Shown: positions 18,235 through 27,532, counted from the stretch's first letter. The stretch: 64,000 bases of DNA from Burkholderiales bacterium (GCA_046155535.1 JBJXFN010000061.1:1540-65539), one strand, 5' to 3'. Notes: generated by a model from the sequence alone, not told the origin. Program-made: numbers and translations.

Positions 18235-19632
18235 TCATCCTTTCACTGCGTCCAACACATCACGAACGAAGGCGTGATGGTTCCAGGCGCAGGGGTCGCG
18301 GGTCAGGCCCAGGCGCACGATGACCAGTTGGCGGGAGGGAAGGACGGTCAGAATCTGGCCTTCGTGCCCCGCCGCGTGAAACCCGTCTTCGGGGAAGTCA
18401 GGGTGCGTGCCCTTGCAGTCCGGCGGGGGCGGGTAGCGCAACCAGAAGTGCGAGCCGTATTGTCCACCTGGTGCGTGGGAAGCTGGTGTGGCGGAGTACT
18501 TCACCCAACCGGCAGGCAGGATTCGCTGGCCGTTCCAGATTCCGTCCTGCACGTACAGGAGACCGAAGCGCGCCCAGTCGCGCGCGGTGGCGTAAACGAA
18601 CGAGGACCCGACAAACGTGCCGCGCGCGTCCGTCTCCAATATCGCGCTGGACATGCCAAGTCGGTCAAACAATGTTTTGCTGGGAAACTCCGGGTAAAGC
18701 GCCTCGCCGACGACTTGGCGAATGGCGCTGGCGACAATGTTGGTGGTGCCGCTGGTGTATTTCCAATGGGTGCCCGGTTCGTGTTCCAGCGATTTTGTCA
18801 GCGCAAAATCCGCGGCGCCGGGGCTGGCGAGCAGCATGATCATCACGTCCGACAGCGGATTGCGATAGCTTTCGTCGAATTGCAAGCCGCTTTCCATGTG
18901 CAGCAGATGCTCCCAGGTGATTTTTGCGCGAGGGTCTCCGGGACTGCGCCATGCTGCGATGGGAACGGGGTCGCGCAGTCGAATGCGTCCCTGCTCGACA
19001 AGGATCCCGACCAGGGCGTTGATCACGCTTTTGCCCATCGACCAGCCCGGCATTGGCGTATTCGCGGAAAATCCGGGCGAATATCGCTCGGCGATCAGGC
19101 GGCCGCGATGTAACACCAGAATGGCGCGGGTACGCCGCGGCAACGCGGGATCGTTTTCTGCGAAGGCCTGCTCGACAACTGCGTTCAGACGCCGCGTGTC
19201 GGCGTCGGGTGCTCCTGTTAATTCGGAGAAGTGGTTGTGCCTTGATGTCCCGGAGCGAGGCAGAGCAATGGAAGTGACCGGGTTCCCGTCGGAAAATTGC
19301 AGCGTACAGCCTTGCCGGTCCCGGTACACCGCGGTGCGGGTGGCCATGCCGAACAGGCTGGCAGTCACCGCCATCGCGTCGCGGCCCACCCGCGCATCGA
19401 CGTGCTGCAGAATCCCCAGATCATCGGCCGACAATTCCTGATCCAGGATCGCCTTTGGCTCGCGATGCGAAACAAAAATGCCGGAGCACAGGACCTTCGC
19501 CTTGTAGGCGGTGCCAATGGCCGCGGCCCGATAACCGAAATGCAGTCCCAAGGCGAGTGCCGCGACAAGCAGGATTGCAGCGCCGGCGAGAATCCGGCGG
19601 GCATTTGTCATGCGAACAGAATGCTCAAACAA
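18235..19632 (-). CDS. Beta-lactamase-related serine hydrolase (class C/DD-peptidase-like), membrane anchored
   Basis: N-terminal TM segment ILAGAAILLVAALALGL. An SxxK motif occurs in WSMGKSVINALVGIL. Size is 465 aa. An alternative start lies at 19611. Confidence 0.7.
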   Translation of the reverse strand: MFEHSVRMTNARRILAGAAILLVAALALGLHFGYRAAAIGTAYKAKVLCSGIFVSHREPKAILDQELSADDLGILQHVDARVGRDAMAVTASLFGMATRTAVYRDRQGCTLQFSDGNPVTSIALPRSGTSRHNHFSELTGAPDADTRRLNAVVEQAFAENDPALPRRTRAILVLHRGRLIAERYSPGFSANTPMPGWSMGKSVINALVGILVEQGRIRLRDPVPIAAWRSPGDPRAKITWEHLLHMESGLQFDESYRNPLSDVMIMLLASPGAADFALTKSLEHEPGTHWKYTSGTTNIVASAIRQVVGEALYPEFPSKTLFDRLGMSSAILETDARGTFVGSSFVYATARDWARFGLLYVQDGIWNGQRILPAGWVKYSATPASHAPGGQYGSHFWLRYPPPPDCKGTHPDFPEDGFHAAGHEGQILTVLPSRQLVIVRLGLTRDPCAWNHHAFVRDVLDAVKG

Positions 19633-19671
19633 AAACGGCGCCTGTCAGGCGCCGTTTCCGGGTTTACCGAC

Positions 19672-19899
19672 TCAGGTATCGTACTTGAAGGACAGCAGAA
19701 CGCGCGTGCGATACGCCACGACCTTCCCGCCATCGACCTTCATGTCCATCTTGACGACTTCCGCGATGCGCAGGTCGCGCAGCGTCTTGCCAGCGACTGC
19801 CACCGCGTTTGCCGCGGCGTCTTCCCAGGACTTGGCGCTGGTGCCGACGACCTCGATGATCTTGTAAATGCCTTCGCCTGCTGATTTCTTCTTTGCCAT
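19672..19899 (-). CDS. Dodecin-family flavin-binding protein
   Basis: 75 aa reading IYKIIEVVGTSAKSWEDAAANAVAVAGKTLRDLRIAEVVKMDMKVDGGKVVAYRTRVLLSFK. This matches the dodecin consensus (VYK..E..G.S..s.edA...A...A.kTl..l...eV....). Confidence 0.8.
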   Translation of the reverse strand: MAKKKSAGEGIYKIIEVVGTSAKSWEDAAANAVAVAGKTLRDLRIAEVVKMDMKVDGGKVVAYRTRVLLSFKYDT

Positions 19900-19948
19900 G
19901 AATGTTCTCCTGTACGGGTTACGGGTAACTGCAAAGCACTACGCTTTT

Positions 19949-20066
19949 GCCACAGAGGACACCGAGCACACAGAGGACTGCCAGCAAACCAAATCGATCC
20001 ACCGCCACAGAAGATAATGAATCCTGGCGATCCTTTTTTCTCTGTGACCTCTGTGTTCTCTGTGGC
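19949..20066. repeat. REP/MITE-like inverted-repeat element (CACAGAG-module family), copy A
   Basis: Left arm GCCACAGAGGACACCGAGCACACAGAGGA. Right arm CTCTGTGACCTCTGTGTTCTCTGTGGC, an imperfect reverse complement. The element is 118 bp and fills the gap between the dodecin and binding-protein genes. Confidence 0.6.
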
Positions 20067-20075
20067 AATCAGACT

Positions 20076-21323
20076 TCAAGGTCTTTCCATCTTGCAGGTG
20101 GTGGGCAGCACTGTGTCCTTGGCTTCCACGCGCAAATCCGTCCTCCAGCCGAATCCAGTGTTTTCGGCGTCGATTTTCACTTCCTTGCCATCGACCTGGG
20201 TGAAGGTGGCGATGTAAAGCGGCTGCATCAACTGGTGATCCTCGGCGCGCATCCATACTTCTCCGGTGTCGCCCTGGTGCTTCATGCCTTCCAGTGCCCG
20301 GGCAATTTTCAGCGGATCGATGGATTTCGTTTCATTCATCGCCCTGGCCAGCATTTCCAGTTCCGTCTTCGGCGTGTTGTAGTAAAAGTCGCCGCTATAT
20401 TTCTTCCGAAAATCGACGGCGAACTTCGCGGCCTTGTTGCCCGCGACATTCGGGTGCCAGGTGAATACCTGCTTGACGTGATCGGCTCCCGCGGCGCCGA
20501 TGGAGCTCGGCGCACCCGCGTTCTGGGCATTGAGCGTATAAAAATCCACGCCCAGCCCGGATTCCTTGCTCGATTTGATCAGCAGCGTGAAATCGTTTCC
20601 CCAGTTGCCGGAGATCACGGCCTGGGCGCCGGAGGCTTTGATTTTGGCAATGTACGGCGAGAAATCCTTGACCTTGCCCAGCGGATGCAGATCGTCACCG
20701 ACAATTTCGATATCGGGGCGCTTTCTGGTGAGCATCTCGCGCGCCGCCTTGCTGATCGCCTGACCAAAGGCATAGTCCTGGTTGAGCAGGTAGATTTTCC
20801 GCAAGTCCTTCTCGCGCGCGATGAAATTGGTGATGGCCTCGAGCTTCATGTCCACGTTGGCCTCAAAGCGGAAATGCCAGAAATTGCATTTGTCGTTGGT
20901 GAGCAGCGGGTCCTGGGCGGCAAAATTCAGGTACAACACCGACGATGCGGGATTGCGGCTGTTGTGCTTGGCGACCGCTTCGGAAAGCGCATGCGCGATA
21001 TTCGAGCCGCCACCCTGGGTGATAAACCGGATGCCGGCGTCTGTGATTTGTTTGAGAATCAGCACGCTTTCCTGCGGACTCGACTTGTTGTCGAAATGCA
21101 GGACTTCGAATTGCATGCCGCCCAGCACACCGCCTCTGGCGTTGATGTCTGCCACGACGGCATCGAAGTGTTTGCCGAGGCTCTCGCCAACCAGTCCGAA
21201 CGGCCCGCTCATCGGGTCGATATGCGCAATCTTGATGGTGTCGGCAGCGCCCGCCGGGGTACTCATTGCACAAAATGCTGTGGCGGCGATGATGCCCAGG
21301 CGGCCGAGTGTGCGGAAGTCCAT
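20076..21323 (-). CDS. ABC transporter substrate-binding protein, Leu/Ile/Val-binding (type I PBP) family
   Basis: Signal peptide with AGA|AD cleavage context, then IKIAHIDPMSGPFGLVGESLGKHFDAVVADINARGGVLG...NKSSPQES. No cognate permease or ATPase genes are adjacent. Confidence 0.8.
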   Translation of the reverse strand: MDFRTLGRLGIIAATAFCAMSTPAGAADTIKIAHIDPMSGPFGLVGESLGKHFDAVVADINARGGVLGGMQFEVLHFDNKSSPQESVLILKQITDAGIRFITQGGGSNIAHALSEAVAKHNSRNPASSVLYLNFAAQDPLLTNDKCNFWHFRFEANVDMKLEAITNFIAREKDLRKIYLLNQDYAFGQAISKAAREMLTRKRPDIEIVGDDLHPLGKVKDFSPYIAKIKASGAQAVISGNWGNDFTLLIKSSKESGLGVDFYTLNAQNAGAPSSIGAAGADHVKQVFTWHPNVAGNKAAKFAVDFRKKYSGDFYYNTPKTELEMLARAMNETKSIDPLKIARALEGMKHQGDTGEVWMRAEDHQLMQPLYIATFTQVDGKEVKIDAENTGFGWRTDLRVEAKDTVLPTTCKMERP

Positions 21324-21347
21324 AAGGGGTCCCTAGGGGGGTGGTTG

Positions 21348-22220
21348 TCAGGGCTGCGGCGCTTCCCCAAGCACGGTGCAGCGGCGGATGACGCGGCGTT
21401 GGGTGGCCGGATCGTACGACGTGACACGATGCTGCAGGCAACGATTGTCCCAGACGATGAATTGTCCGGGCTGCCACTTGTGGCGGTAAGTCAAATCGGG
21501 GTGGATCGCCAGCGCATTGAGTTCCTCGATCAGCGCGCGACCTTCGTCATACGACATGCCGACAATATATTCTGCGTGGTCGCCGAGGTACAGACATTTG
21601 CGGCGCGTTTCCGGATGGGTGCGCACCACGGGGTGATCGACTGGCGGTGTTTTTGCCTTCTGCTCCGCCGTCATGGGATTTTCCCCATGACGCCGTGTGC
21701 GGGAAAAATCCAGGTTGTGCACCGCGCGCAGGTTGGCAATGCGCCGTTTCCAGTCGGCGTTCAGGCGATCATAGGCGCCGTACATGTCGCAGAAGTGGGT
21801 CTCGCCGCCTTCGCCGGCCGCCACTTCGGCGTACAGCAGTGTCGCCTGCCCGGTCACCCGCAGCCAGGAACCATCGGTGTGCCAGACCAGCGTGCCTTTG
21901 TCGGGAAACTTGCCGTTCGGGTTGCCATCCGCATCCAGATTCGACAGGTGGTACAACTCCGGATGGCCGTCGATGTGATACTGGTTCATGACATGTATCT
22001 GCACTTCGCCGAACCGTCTGGCGAATTCGACCTGTCTTGCGGGCGGCAAGTCCTGCGTTGGAAACAACAAAACCTGGCAGCGCAGAAACGCGTCGTAGAT
22101 TGCCTGGAAGGTGGCATCGTCCACACCACGTGCCAGATCGACGCCGGTGATTTCCGCCCCGAGGTGTGCGCTCAGGGGACGGGTGCGCAAATCGTAAAGA
22201 TTTTCAGCAAAGTTTTGCAT
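21348..22220 (-). CDS. TauD/TfdA-family Fe(II)/2-oxoglutarate dioxygenase
   Basis: From ATG 22220 the translation includes LGAEITGVDL...VLLFPTQDL...FARRFGE...WHTDGSW (HxD iron ligands)...IVWDNRCLQHR. Confidence 0.85.
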   Translation of the reverse strand: MQNFAENLYDLRTRPLSAHLGAEITGVDLARGVDDATFQAIYDAFLRCQVLLFPTQDLPPARQVEFARRFGEVQIHVMNQYHIDGHPELYHLSNLDADGNPNGKFPDKGTLVWHTDGSWLRVTGQATLLYAEVAAGEGGETHFCDMYGAYDRLNADWKRRIANLRAVHNLDFSRTRRHGENPMTAEQKAKTPPVDHPVVRTHPETRRKCLYLGDHAEYIVGMSYDEGRALIEELNALAIHPDLTYRHKWQPGQFIVWDNRCLQHRVTSYDPATQRRVIRRCTVLGEAPQP

Positions 22221-22620
22221 GGGTTGTCTCACGATCCGTCGTTGAGAGCCCCGTACACCAGGCTCTTGAAAAGTCGTCATTAGTATTGGCGCCTGGCGCT
22301 TCCGCCTGTTCGACGTCATGCAGGCTGGTCAGGCTGATATGCTCCAGACGCGGTCCGGAAAAGCCGGCGGGTTCCGGCGTTGCGCTTGTGCGCGCCATCA
22401 CATGACAGGGAGAAGCCAGCAACGGGCCGCCAATTTCCCAGACGCCGCGCGCCACCTGCCCATTACACATCTTGTATGGCTCCCCTTACCGATGACAGCA
22501 CGGTACGTCCGTTGTCGGGGGAGTGTCAATTCGCGGCAGGAATCGTGACAGGGATCTGTTGCGGGAAGTGGCGGATCAGGAGGTTGCCCCTGAGGTCCGG
22601 GGGCCGTAGAAAACTTGCGA

Positions 22621-22645
22621 CGGCCGACGCGATGCGCGTCGGCCG
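22621..22645 (-). terminator. Candidate stem-loop terminator after 22670..23101
   Basis: A perfect 11-bp GC-rich stem (CGGCCGACGCG/CGCGTCGGCCG, 3-nt loop) lies 25 nt downstream of the stop. The T-tract on the minus strand is weak (GTCGCAAGTTTTC). Confidence 0.35.
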
Positions 22646-22669
22646 GTTGCGAATCGAATCACGCGGGAA

Positions 22670-23101
22670 TCAGGCGGCAAGGCGCGGGACGAACATTTGC
22701 ATGCGCGGGTCTTCGGGGCGCGGCGCGAGGTCAATCCAGTACGATATCCGCGCTGCCTCCGTTGCCACCCGCACCAGCAGTTCCGCACGCGGCAATGTGG
22801 CGCCGGAGAACCGGTCGACATTTTCCGGCAACAGTACTTCGAATTCAGCCGCGTCGCCTTCGTGATTCGCCGGCATTTTTGCGGCGGCTTTGGCGATTTC
22901 CGCCAGAACGCGATGCAGGCGAAGTTGCTCCCGGGCGATATCGTAGCGATCCACGGGTTCGGCAACAAAATACACGGCGACGAACCATGCGCCTTCGGAC
23001 ATCATCAGCTTGCCGGGAAGGTTGTGCGCAGTGGCCGGCTCGCTGACGTCGATCCATCCGGCGTGGCCGCGTGGTGCCCGAAGTGCCTGGACCTGGATCA
23101 T
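22670..23101 (-). CDS. Hypothetical protein (143 aa), no family recognised
   Basis: The ORF has coding-like composition and is followed by a stable hairpin. I recognise no motifs. Confidence 0.45.
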   Translation of the reverse strand: MIQVQALRAPRGHAGWIDVSEPATAHNLPGKLMMSEGAWFVAVYFVAEPVDRYDIAREQLRLHRVLAEIAKAAAKMPANHEGDAAEFEVLLPENVDRFSGATLPRAELLVRVATEAARISYWIDLAPRPEDPRMQMFVPRLAA

Positions 23102-23258
23102 GTTAACCCTCCGTTTGTCAGGGGCCGGTAATGCCCCTTCTCGGAGAGGTCAACGACAACGGGGTGAAATGCTTGAGCGAGCTCGCGCCGGGCGACGTCG
23201 GCTGGTCCGGCAAAACACGGCGTCCGGGAGGGGGACTGCCTGCGAATTGTGGGGCCGG

Positions 23259-23687
23259 CTATTTGGCCGGGCAGGGGTAGGCTTCGCGCAAGGCCTCTTC
23301 CAGCAACAATCCGGCCGGATCGGTCAGTTTTTGCGGGAAGCGTCCCATGTATCGATTGAATGTTTTTGCCAGCTGCGCACGGTTAACCTTCGGCCCCAAA
23401 CAAAGCCGGCCGAAAACATTGTCGATATTTTCTTCGCGATGGTGAAAAGCGTGATAGGTCTCGGCAACCCGGTGTCCACTGACAAACCCATCCAGAAAAC
23501 CGACGCAGATGCCGCGTTCGAAGTCCTTCTGGAGATCTTTCTCGAGTTCGCTGCAGTACCCGAGCATTTCCTTGCCGGTGAACGCCTCCTGCGCGTTCGC
23601 GGCCGGGAAACCCAAGCCTGCGTATACCGCAAAGCCGGCAATACACCACACACCGACGCGACAGGTCAGGGGTGAATTCGAAATCAT
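23259..23687 (-). CDS. Small secreted protein, possibly Rap1a/Tai4-like
   Basis: From ATG 23687 there is a signal-like segment, VGVWCIAGFAVYAGLGFPAANA. This is followed by TGKEMLGYCSELEKDLQKDFERGICVGFLDGFVSGH, which resembles the G..lL..C...(n)..C.Gyi.G..d pattern of Rap1a-type periplasmic immunity proteins. The assignment is tentative. Confidence 0.35.
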   Translation of the reverse strand: MISNSPLTCRVGVWCIAGFAVYAGLGFPAANAQEAFTGKEMLGYCSELEKDLQKDFERGICVGFLDGFVSGHRVAETYHAFHHREENIDNVFGRLCLGPKVNRAQLAKTFNRYMGRFPQKLTDPAGLLLEEALREAYPCPAK

Positions 23688-23974
23688 GGTCAGGGTTTTG
23701 GGCAAGCGCGAGTCCTCTGATAACAGGGATTCTTTTCTCGACACCTTGATGATGTCGGCGCGCATCCTGTGCGTAAGAGATACTTTAATCCCAATTCCCG
23801 GCAGGACGGGAGAATTTTCGTGGCGGCAGGGATTTCTTTGTCGTATCGAGATGCATTGCGCTGCATCAAGACGCAGGTGAAATGTTCGAGTTAGGTTGGC
23901 AGACAGCCGACCGGATCAAGGCGTTTTATGGAATTTCCGGGATTGTCCGGCATTTTTCGCGGGAGAATGATTAC

Positions 23975-24766
23975 ATGTTGCGAATGTGTAGTGTTGTCGG
24001 GTTTTTATTGTGGTTCGCAGCGCCGGTCGTGTTCGGGGCAGAAGTCACCGAGGCGGAGCTCAAACAGGATGCGGTCAGGCGTCTGGTCAACGCGCAAGAT
24101 CCGAGCCTGTCAGTGAATATTGGCCGGGTATACGTCAAACAGGCGGCGCTGGCCGCGGCCAGGCTCCTGTTGTTCGAAAGGGGGCGGTCCGCTGGCTTGC
24201 ATCCGGACAAATGGACTCTCGAGCATCCGGAGTGGAAGTCCGCGGAAAACCAATTGACACGAGGCACGGAGGAACTCATCCGCCGGGAGGTGGACAATCC
24301 GCAGTGGGTCAGGCAGGCATGGTCGGAGATTGCGTCCACGCTCCTCAACGGCGAGGAAGCGGATGAGATTGCGGTGCATTTCGAATCCGAAGGCGGCCAA
24401 CTGCAAAGGCGGGTCATTGAATGGTACGTGGGGGAATTGACTTTGGAGACATATACCTTCACCGACCGCCTGAAATACGGTGTCCCCGGTTCGGAAGCGG
24501 AAATGGAAGACTTGCGCAAGACGACCTACGAAATTCGCAGCCACTTCGACTCGATTTACGATCTGACCAAATATCCCGACACAATGCGTTTCGCCAGTCG
24601 AGAGCCGGGCGTGAAATATTTCAAGATGATGGTGATGCAGGGCGTCCACGCGGTGCATGTCCATCTTGAAAAGGCCGCCGATGAAGCGAGGCAGATGGTG
24701 CAATCGCGGGCTGCGCTGGTGGCGCCCCATATAGCCCGCGCACTTGCCGCGGGTGCCAGTCATTAG
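23975..24766 (+). CDS. Secreted hypothetical protein, paralog B of 17325..18140
   Basis: ATG 23975 is preceded by GGGAGA. The signal peptide is MLRMCSVVGFLLWFAAPVVFGA. Motifs shared with paralog A: HPEWKSAE, VHFESEGGQLQRRVIEWYVGE, YTFTDRL, RFASRE and YFKMM. Confidence 0.6.
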   Translation: MLRMCSVVGFLLWFAAPVVFGAEVTEAELKQDAVRRLVNAQDPSLSVNIGRVYVKQAALAAARLLLFERGRSAGLHPDKWTLEHPEWKSAENQLTRGTEELIRREVDNPQWVRQAWSEIASTLLNGEEADEIAVHFESEGGQLQRRVIEWYVGELTLETYTFTDRLKYGVPGSEAEMEDLRKTTYEIRSHFDSIYDLTKYPDTMRFASREPGVKYFKMMVMQGVHAVHVHLEKAADEARQMVQSRAALVAPHIARALAAGASH

Positions 24767-24919
24767 GGGGAAACTGAATCAACTGCCTTGTCCACGAATC
24801 TTGTCCTTCCGGATTCCCGCTTTCTCGGGAATGACATTCCGGAGCTTGTTCGGTTCTTCCTCAGGAGTGCGCGCCAGGCAGCGCCGATTGGTCGAAAATT
24901 AATCGGCGCAGGTGGAATC

Positions 24920-25366
24920 CTACAGGCCGGCGTTTTTCAGCATGGCTTCCAATGCGGATGCGTCGTAGCCGTCCATTCGCTGTTGACCGACCAGAATGAT
25001 CGGCACACCGCGGCCCCTGAGCGCGTCGTATGCGCTTTTTCCCTGAGCGGAAGTTTCCACATCGAGTTCTTCGAAAGGCGTCCCGCGTGCTTGCAAATAG
25101 GCTCGGGCCTTTTTGCAGTATCCACACCACGCGGCAGTCAACAGTCGAACGCGTTCGGCGGTGGCAGCCGCGACCGGCGGCGTAGAGCGGATTTCGGGAA
25201 CCACCGGCGGCCCGGAAATCGAATTGTTCTTCAACTCGATCCGATTCGATTTCCTGTTGGGGGGCGGTGCATCGGAATAATGCACTTTGCCGTCCTGATC
25301 GACCCACTTGTACAGCTCGGCGCCCGCCGGGAAGGGCAGGCAAACCGCAAGTGTCAGCACAACCAT
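24920..25366 (-). CDS. DUF4124 + glutaredoxin-domain protein
   Basis: ELYKWVDQDGKVHYSDAPPP is a DUF4124 signature. The C-terminal VRLLTAAWCGYCKKARAYLQARGTPFEELDV is a glutaredoxin CxxC fold. The start is uncertain, either 25366 or 25450. Confidence 0.7.
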   Translation of the reverse strand: MVVLTLAVCLPFPAGAELYKWVDQDGKVHYSDAPPPNRKSNRIELKNNSISGPPVVPEIRSTPPVAAATAERVRLLTAAWCGYCKKARAYLQARGTPFEELDVETSAQGKSAYDALRGRGVPIILVGQQRMDGYDASALEAMLKNAGL

Positions 25367-25418
25367 GCCGGCGACTTTAAAACCAGCCGTGGAACTCTGA
25401 ATTGGCGGTACCAAGGAA

Positions 25419-27101
25419 TCAGCCCCCGAAACCGTTGGCGACACGGACATCCAGCAACCGTGGTCCGCCCGAGTCTATGCACTGTTTGAGGGCCGGCCCG
25501 ACGTCCGCCGGATCGGTGATGCGTTGGGCGGACACACCCATCGACTCCGCCAGTCCGACGAAGTCGATGGCGGGATGGTCGATGTCCATGCCGATGAATT
25601 TGTCGGTCTTGCGGAAAGACACCAGCCTTTCCTTGAGAATCCGATAGCCGCGATTGTTTGGAATTACATACGTGATCGGCAATTTCAGGTGGGCGGCAGT
25701 CCACAATGCCTGGATGCTGTACATCGCGCTGCCATCCCCGACGATGGCTACCACCGGCCGTTTCGGCAGCGCCACGCTGATCCCCACGGCACCGGCCATG
25801 GCAAAGCCGATCCCGCCCGAGGCCAATCCGTAAAAGCCCTGATGGTCGCGCAAGGGCAGGTAATGGAGCAGGGGAAAGGTGGAAGTCAGGCCTTCCTCGA
25901 CTACGACCACGTCGCGCGGAAGATTGTCCGTGATCCGCATCATCAGGATCCTCGGGTCCATCGGACGCACGGAGGACACTTTCAACGCGTCCTCGCAGGC
26001 GCGCACACGCTTTACGCTCCAGTTGTTTTTTGCGATATCGGCCAGCCGTGCAGCGGCGGCATTTTTCTGTTGGGCTGACATGCGTTTGCGCAACACCGCA
26101 GTGAGCGCCCGCAGGGTTTCGCCCACGTCGGCATTGATCGCGATTTCGGCAGGATAGTTTTTTCCGAGTTCCCAGTCACGTTCGGCAATCTGGATGATCG
26201 GCATGCCTTCGGGCAAAGCATCGATCGGGTTGTACACCGACATACGCAACACGTCGGCCCCCAGGAACACCAGGAGATCGTGGGATTGCAGAGCGCTACG
26301 CACTTGCGGCTGGCTGCGGGTGAGCTGGCCGAGAAAAGCGGGATGTTCAGACAGGAATTGCGCGGCGTAAGGCACGGTCTGCTGCCACACAGCCGCGCCC
26401 AGTACCTCGGCAAATTCCGCGGCTTCCGCGAGGGCATTGCGGGTGGCAAGTTCATGACCCGCAATGAGGGCCGGGTTGCGGGCAGCCAGCACGCGATCGG
26501 CCAGCTTTTCGAGTGCAGTGTCCGATGGTCGCACCACGCTATCCACACGTGTCGATTGGCCAAGGTCCAGAGGCGCTTCGGCATCCAGGATGTCTCCGGG
26601 CAGGCTGATGAATACCGGCCCCGTGGGTGGCGTCAACGCCACCTTTGCCGCGCGCCGGATGATTCTTGGCAGATCCTGCGCGCGCGCCACGTCCACCGCC
26701 CACTTGACCATGGGTTGCGCAATCGGGACCAGCGGGTCGTAAAGCAGGGGTTCCATCAAACCGTGGCCTTGTTCCTGCTGGCCAGCGGTAATCAGCACTG
26801 GAGAGCCATAGAATTTCGCGTTGTACAGCGCGCCCATGGCATTGCCCAGGCCGGGCGCAACATGGACATTGCAAGCGGCCAGTCGATTGGAGGCGCGTGC
26901 ATAACCATCGGCCATACCTACCACAATGGATTCCTGCAACCCGAGCACGTATTCGATTTCGGATTGTTTCGACATGGCTTCCATGATCGCCAGCTCGGTG
27001 GTGCCGGGGTTGCCGAACATGTGCGTGATGCCTTCGGAATGCAGCAACTTCAGAAAAGCAGCGTGGCCGGTGATACTCGGAGGTAGCGGGGAGCGGTCCA
27101 T
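25419..27101 (-). CDS. Thiamine-diphosphate-dependent enzyme (benzoylformate decarboxylase/acetolactate synthase-like)
   Basis: 560 aa. The N-terminal Pyr domain reads GITHMFGNPGTTELAIMEA...GMADGYARAS. The C-terminal PP domain reads IVGDGSAMYSIQALWTAAHLKLPITYVIPNNRGY, a GDG-X-N(N) TPP motif. Confidence 0.8.
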   Translation of the reverse strand: MDRSPLPPSITGHAAFLKLLHSEGITHMFGNPGTTELAIMEAMSKQSEIEYVLGLQESIVVGMADGYARASNRLAACNVHVAPGLGNAMGALYNAKFYGSPVLITAGQQEQGHGLMEPLLYDPLVPIAQPMVKWAVDVARAQDLPRIIRRAAKVALTPPTGPVFISLPGDILDAEAPLDLGQSTRVDSVVRPSDTALEKLADRVLAARNPALIAGHELATRNALAEAAEFAEVLGAAVWQQTVPYAAQFLSEHPAFLGQLTRSQPQVRSALQSHDLLVFLGADVLRMSVYNPIDALPEGMPIIQIAERDWELGKNYPAEIAINADVGETLRALTAVLRKRMSAQQKNAAAARLADIAKNNWSVKRVRACEDALKVSSVRPMDPRILMMRITDNLPRDVVVVEEGLTSTFPLLHYLPLRDHQGFYGLASGGIGFAMAGAVGISVALPKRPVVAIVGDGSAMYSIQALWTAAHLKLPITYVIPNNRGYRILKERLVSFRKTDKFIGMDIDHPAIDFVGLAESMGVSAQRITDPADVGPALKQCIDSGGPRLLDVRVANGFGG

Positions 27102-27133
27102 GAGTGGAATTCTCGAATGAAGGAAGGGTCAAT

Positions 27134-27484
27134 TCATCGAATGCGCGTGCCGCAGTTGGGGCACTGGGTCGGGCTCATGAAATCGGAACGCGAGGGACCC
27201 AAACCGCCGCACTTGTATTCGCTCAGCGTCTGGTAGGGCTGGATGCCGCATTGCGGACAACGGTACAGTGTATTGAGCGCCCGAACGATGCGCACCAGCG
27301 TAAAACACACGGCAACAGCAGTGACGATCGCCAGCACCAGAACCAGTTCGCCAGGCGCATTTTCAAGCCGTCCCAATAGCGCGAGCAGAAGAACCAGGCA
27401 AACCGCTCCGATGATCCAGCGCCGGTTGGCAAGCCAGATGGCGCTGCGCTGTGCGTCGAATCCACTTTCGAGGCTGCGGTCCAT
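27134..27484 (-). CDS. Small membrane protein with C-terminal zinc-ribbon (CPQCG...CPNCG)
   Basis: Two predicted TM helices (WIIGAVCLVLLLALLG and LVLVLAIVTAVAVCFTLV) are followed by YRCPQCGIQ...TQCPNCGTRI. Confidence 0.5.
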   Translation of the reverse strand: MDRSLESGFDAQRSAIWLANRRWIIGAVCLVLLLALLGRLENAPGELVLVLAIVTAVAVCFTLVRIVRALNTLYRCPQCGIQPYQTLSEYKCGGLGPSRSDFMSPTQCPNCGTRIR

Positions 27485-27532
27485 TGACGGGTCCCGTTGT
27501 GCAATGGCGCTATCCTACCGCGTGACGGGCTG

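Noticed and set aside
19947-22283. Very long (778-codon) plus-strand ORF spanning the binding-protein and TauD region
   Set aside because: It lies antisense to two minus-strand genes that carry clear family motifs. Its translation is low-complexity (Arg/Gly/Ala/His rich) and motif-free. This is a typical shadow ORF of high-GC DNA.
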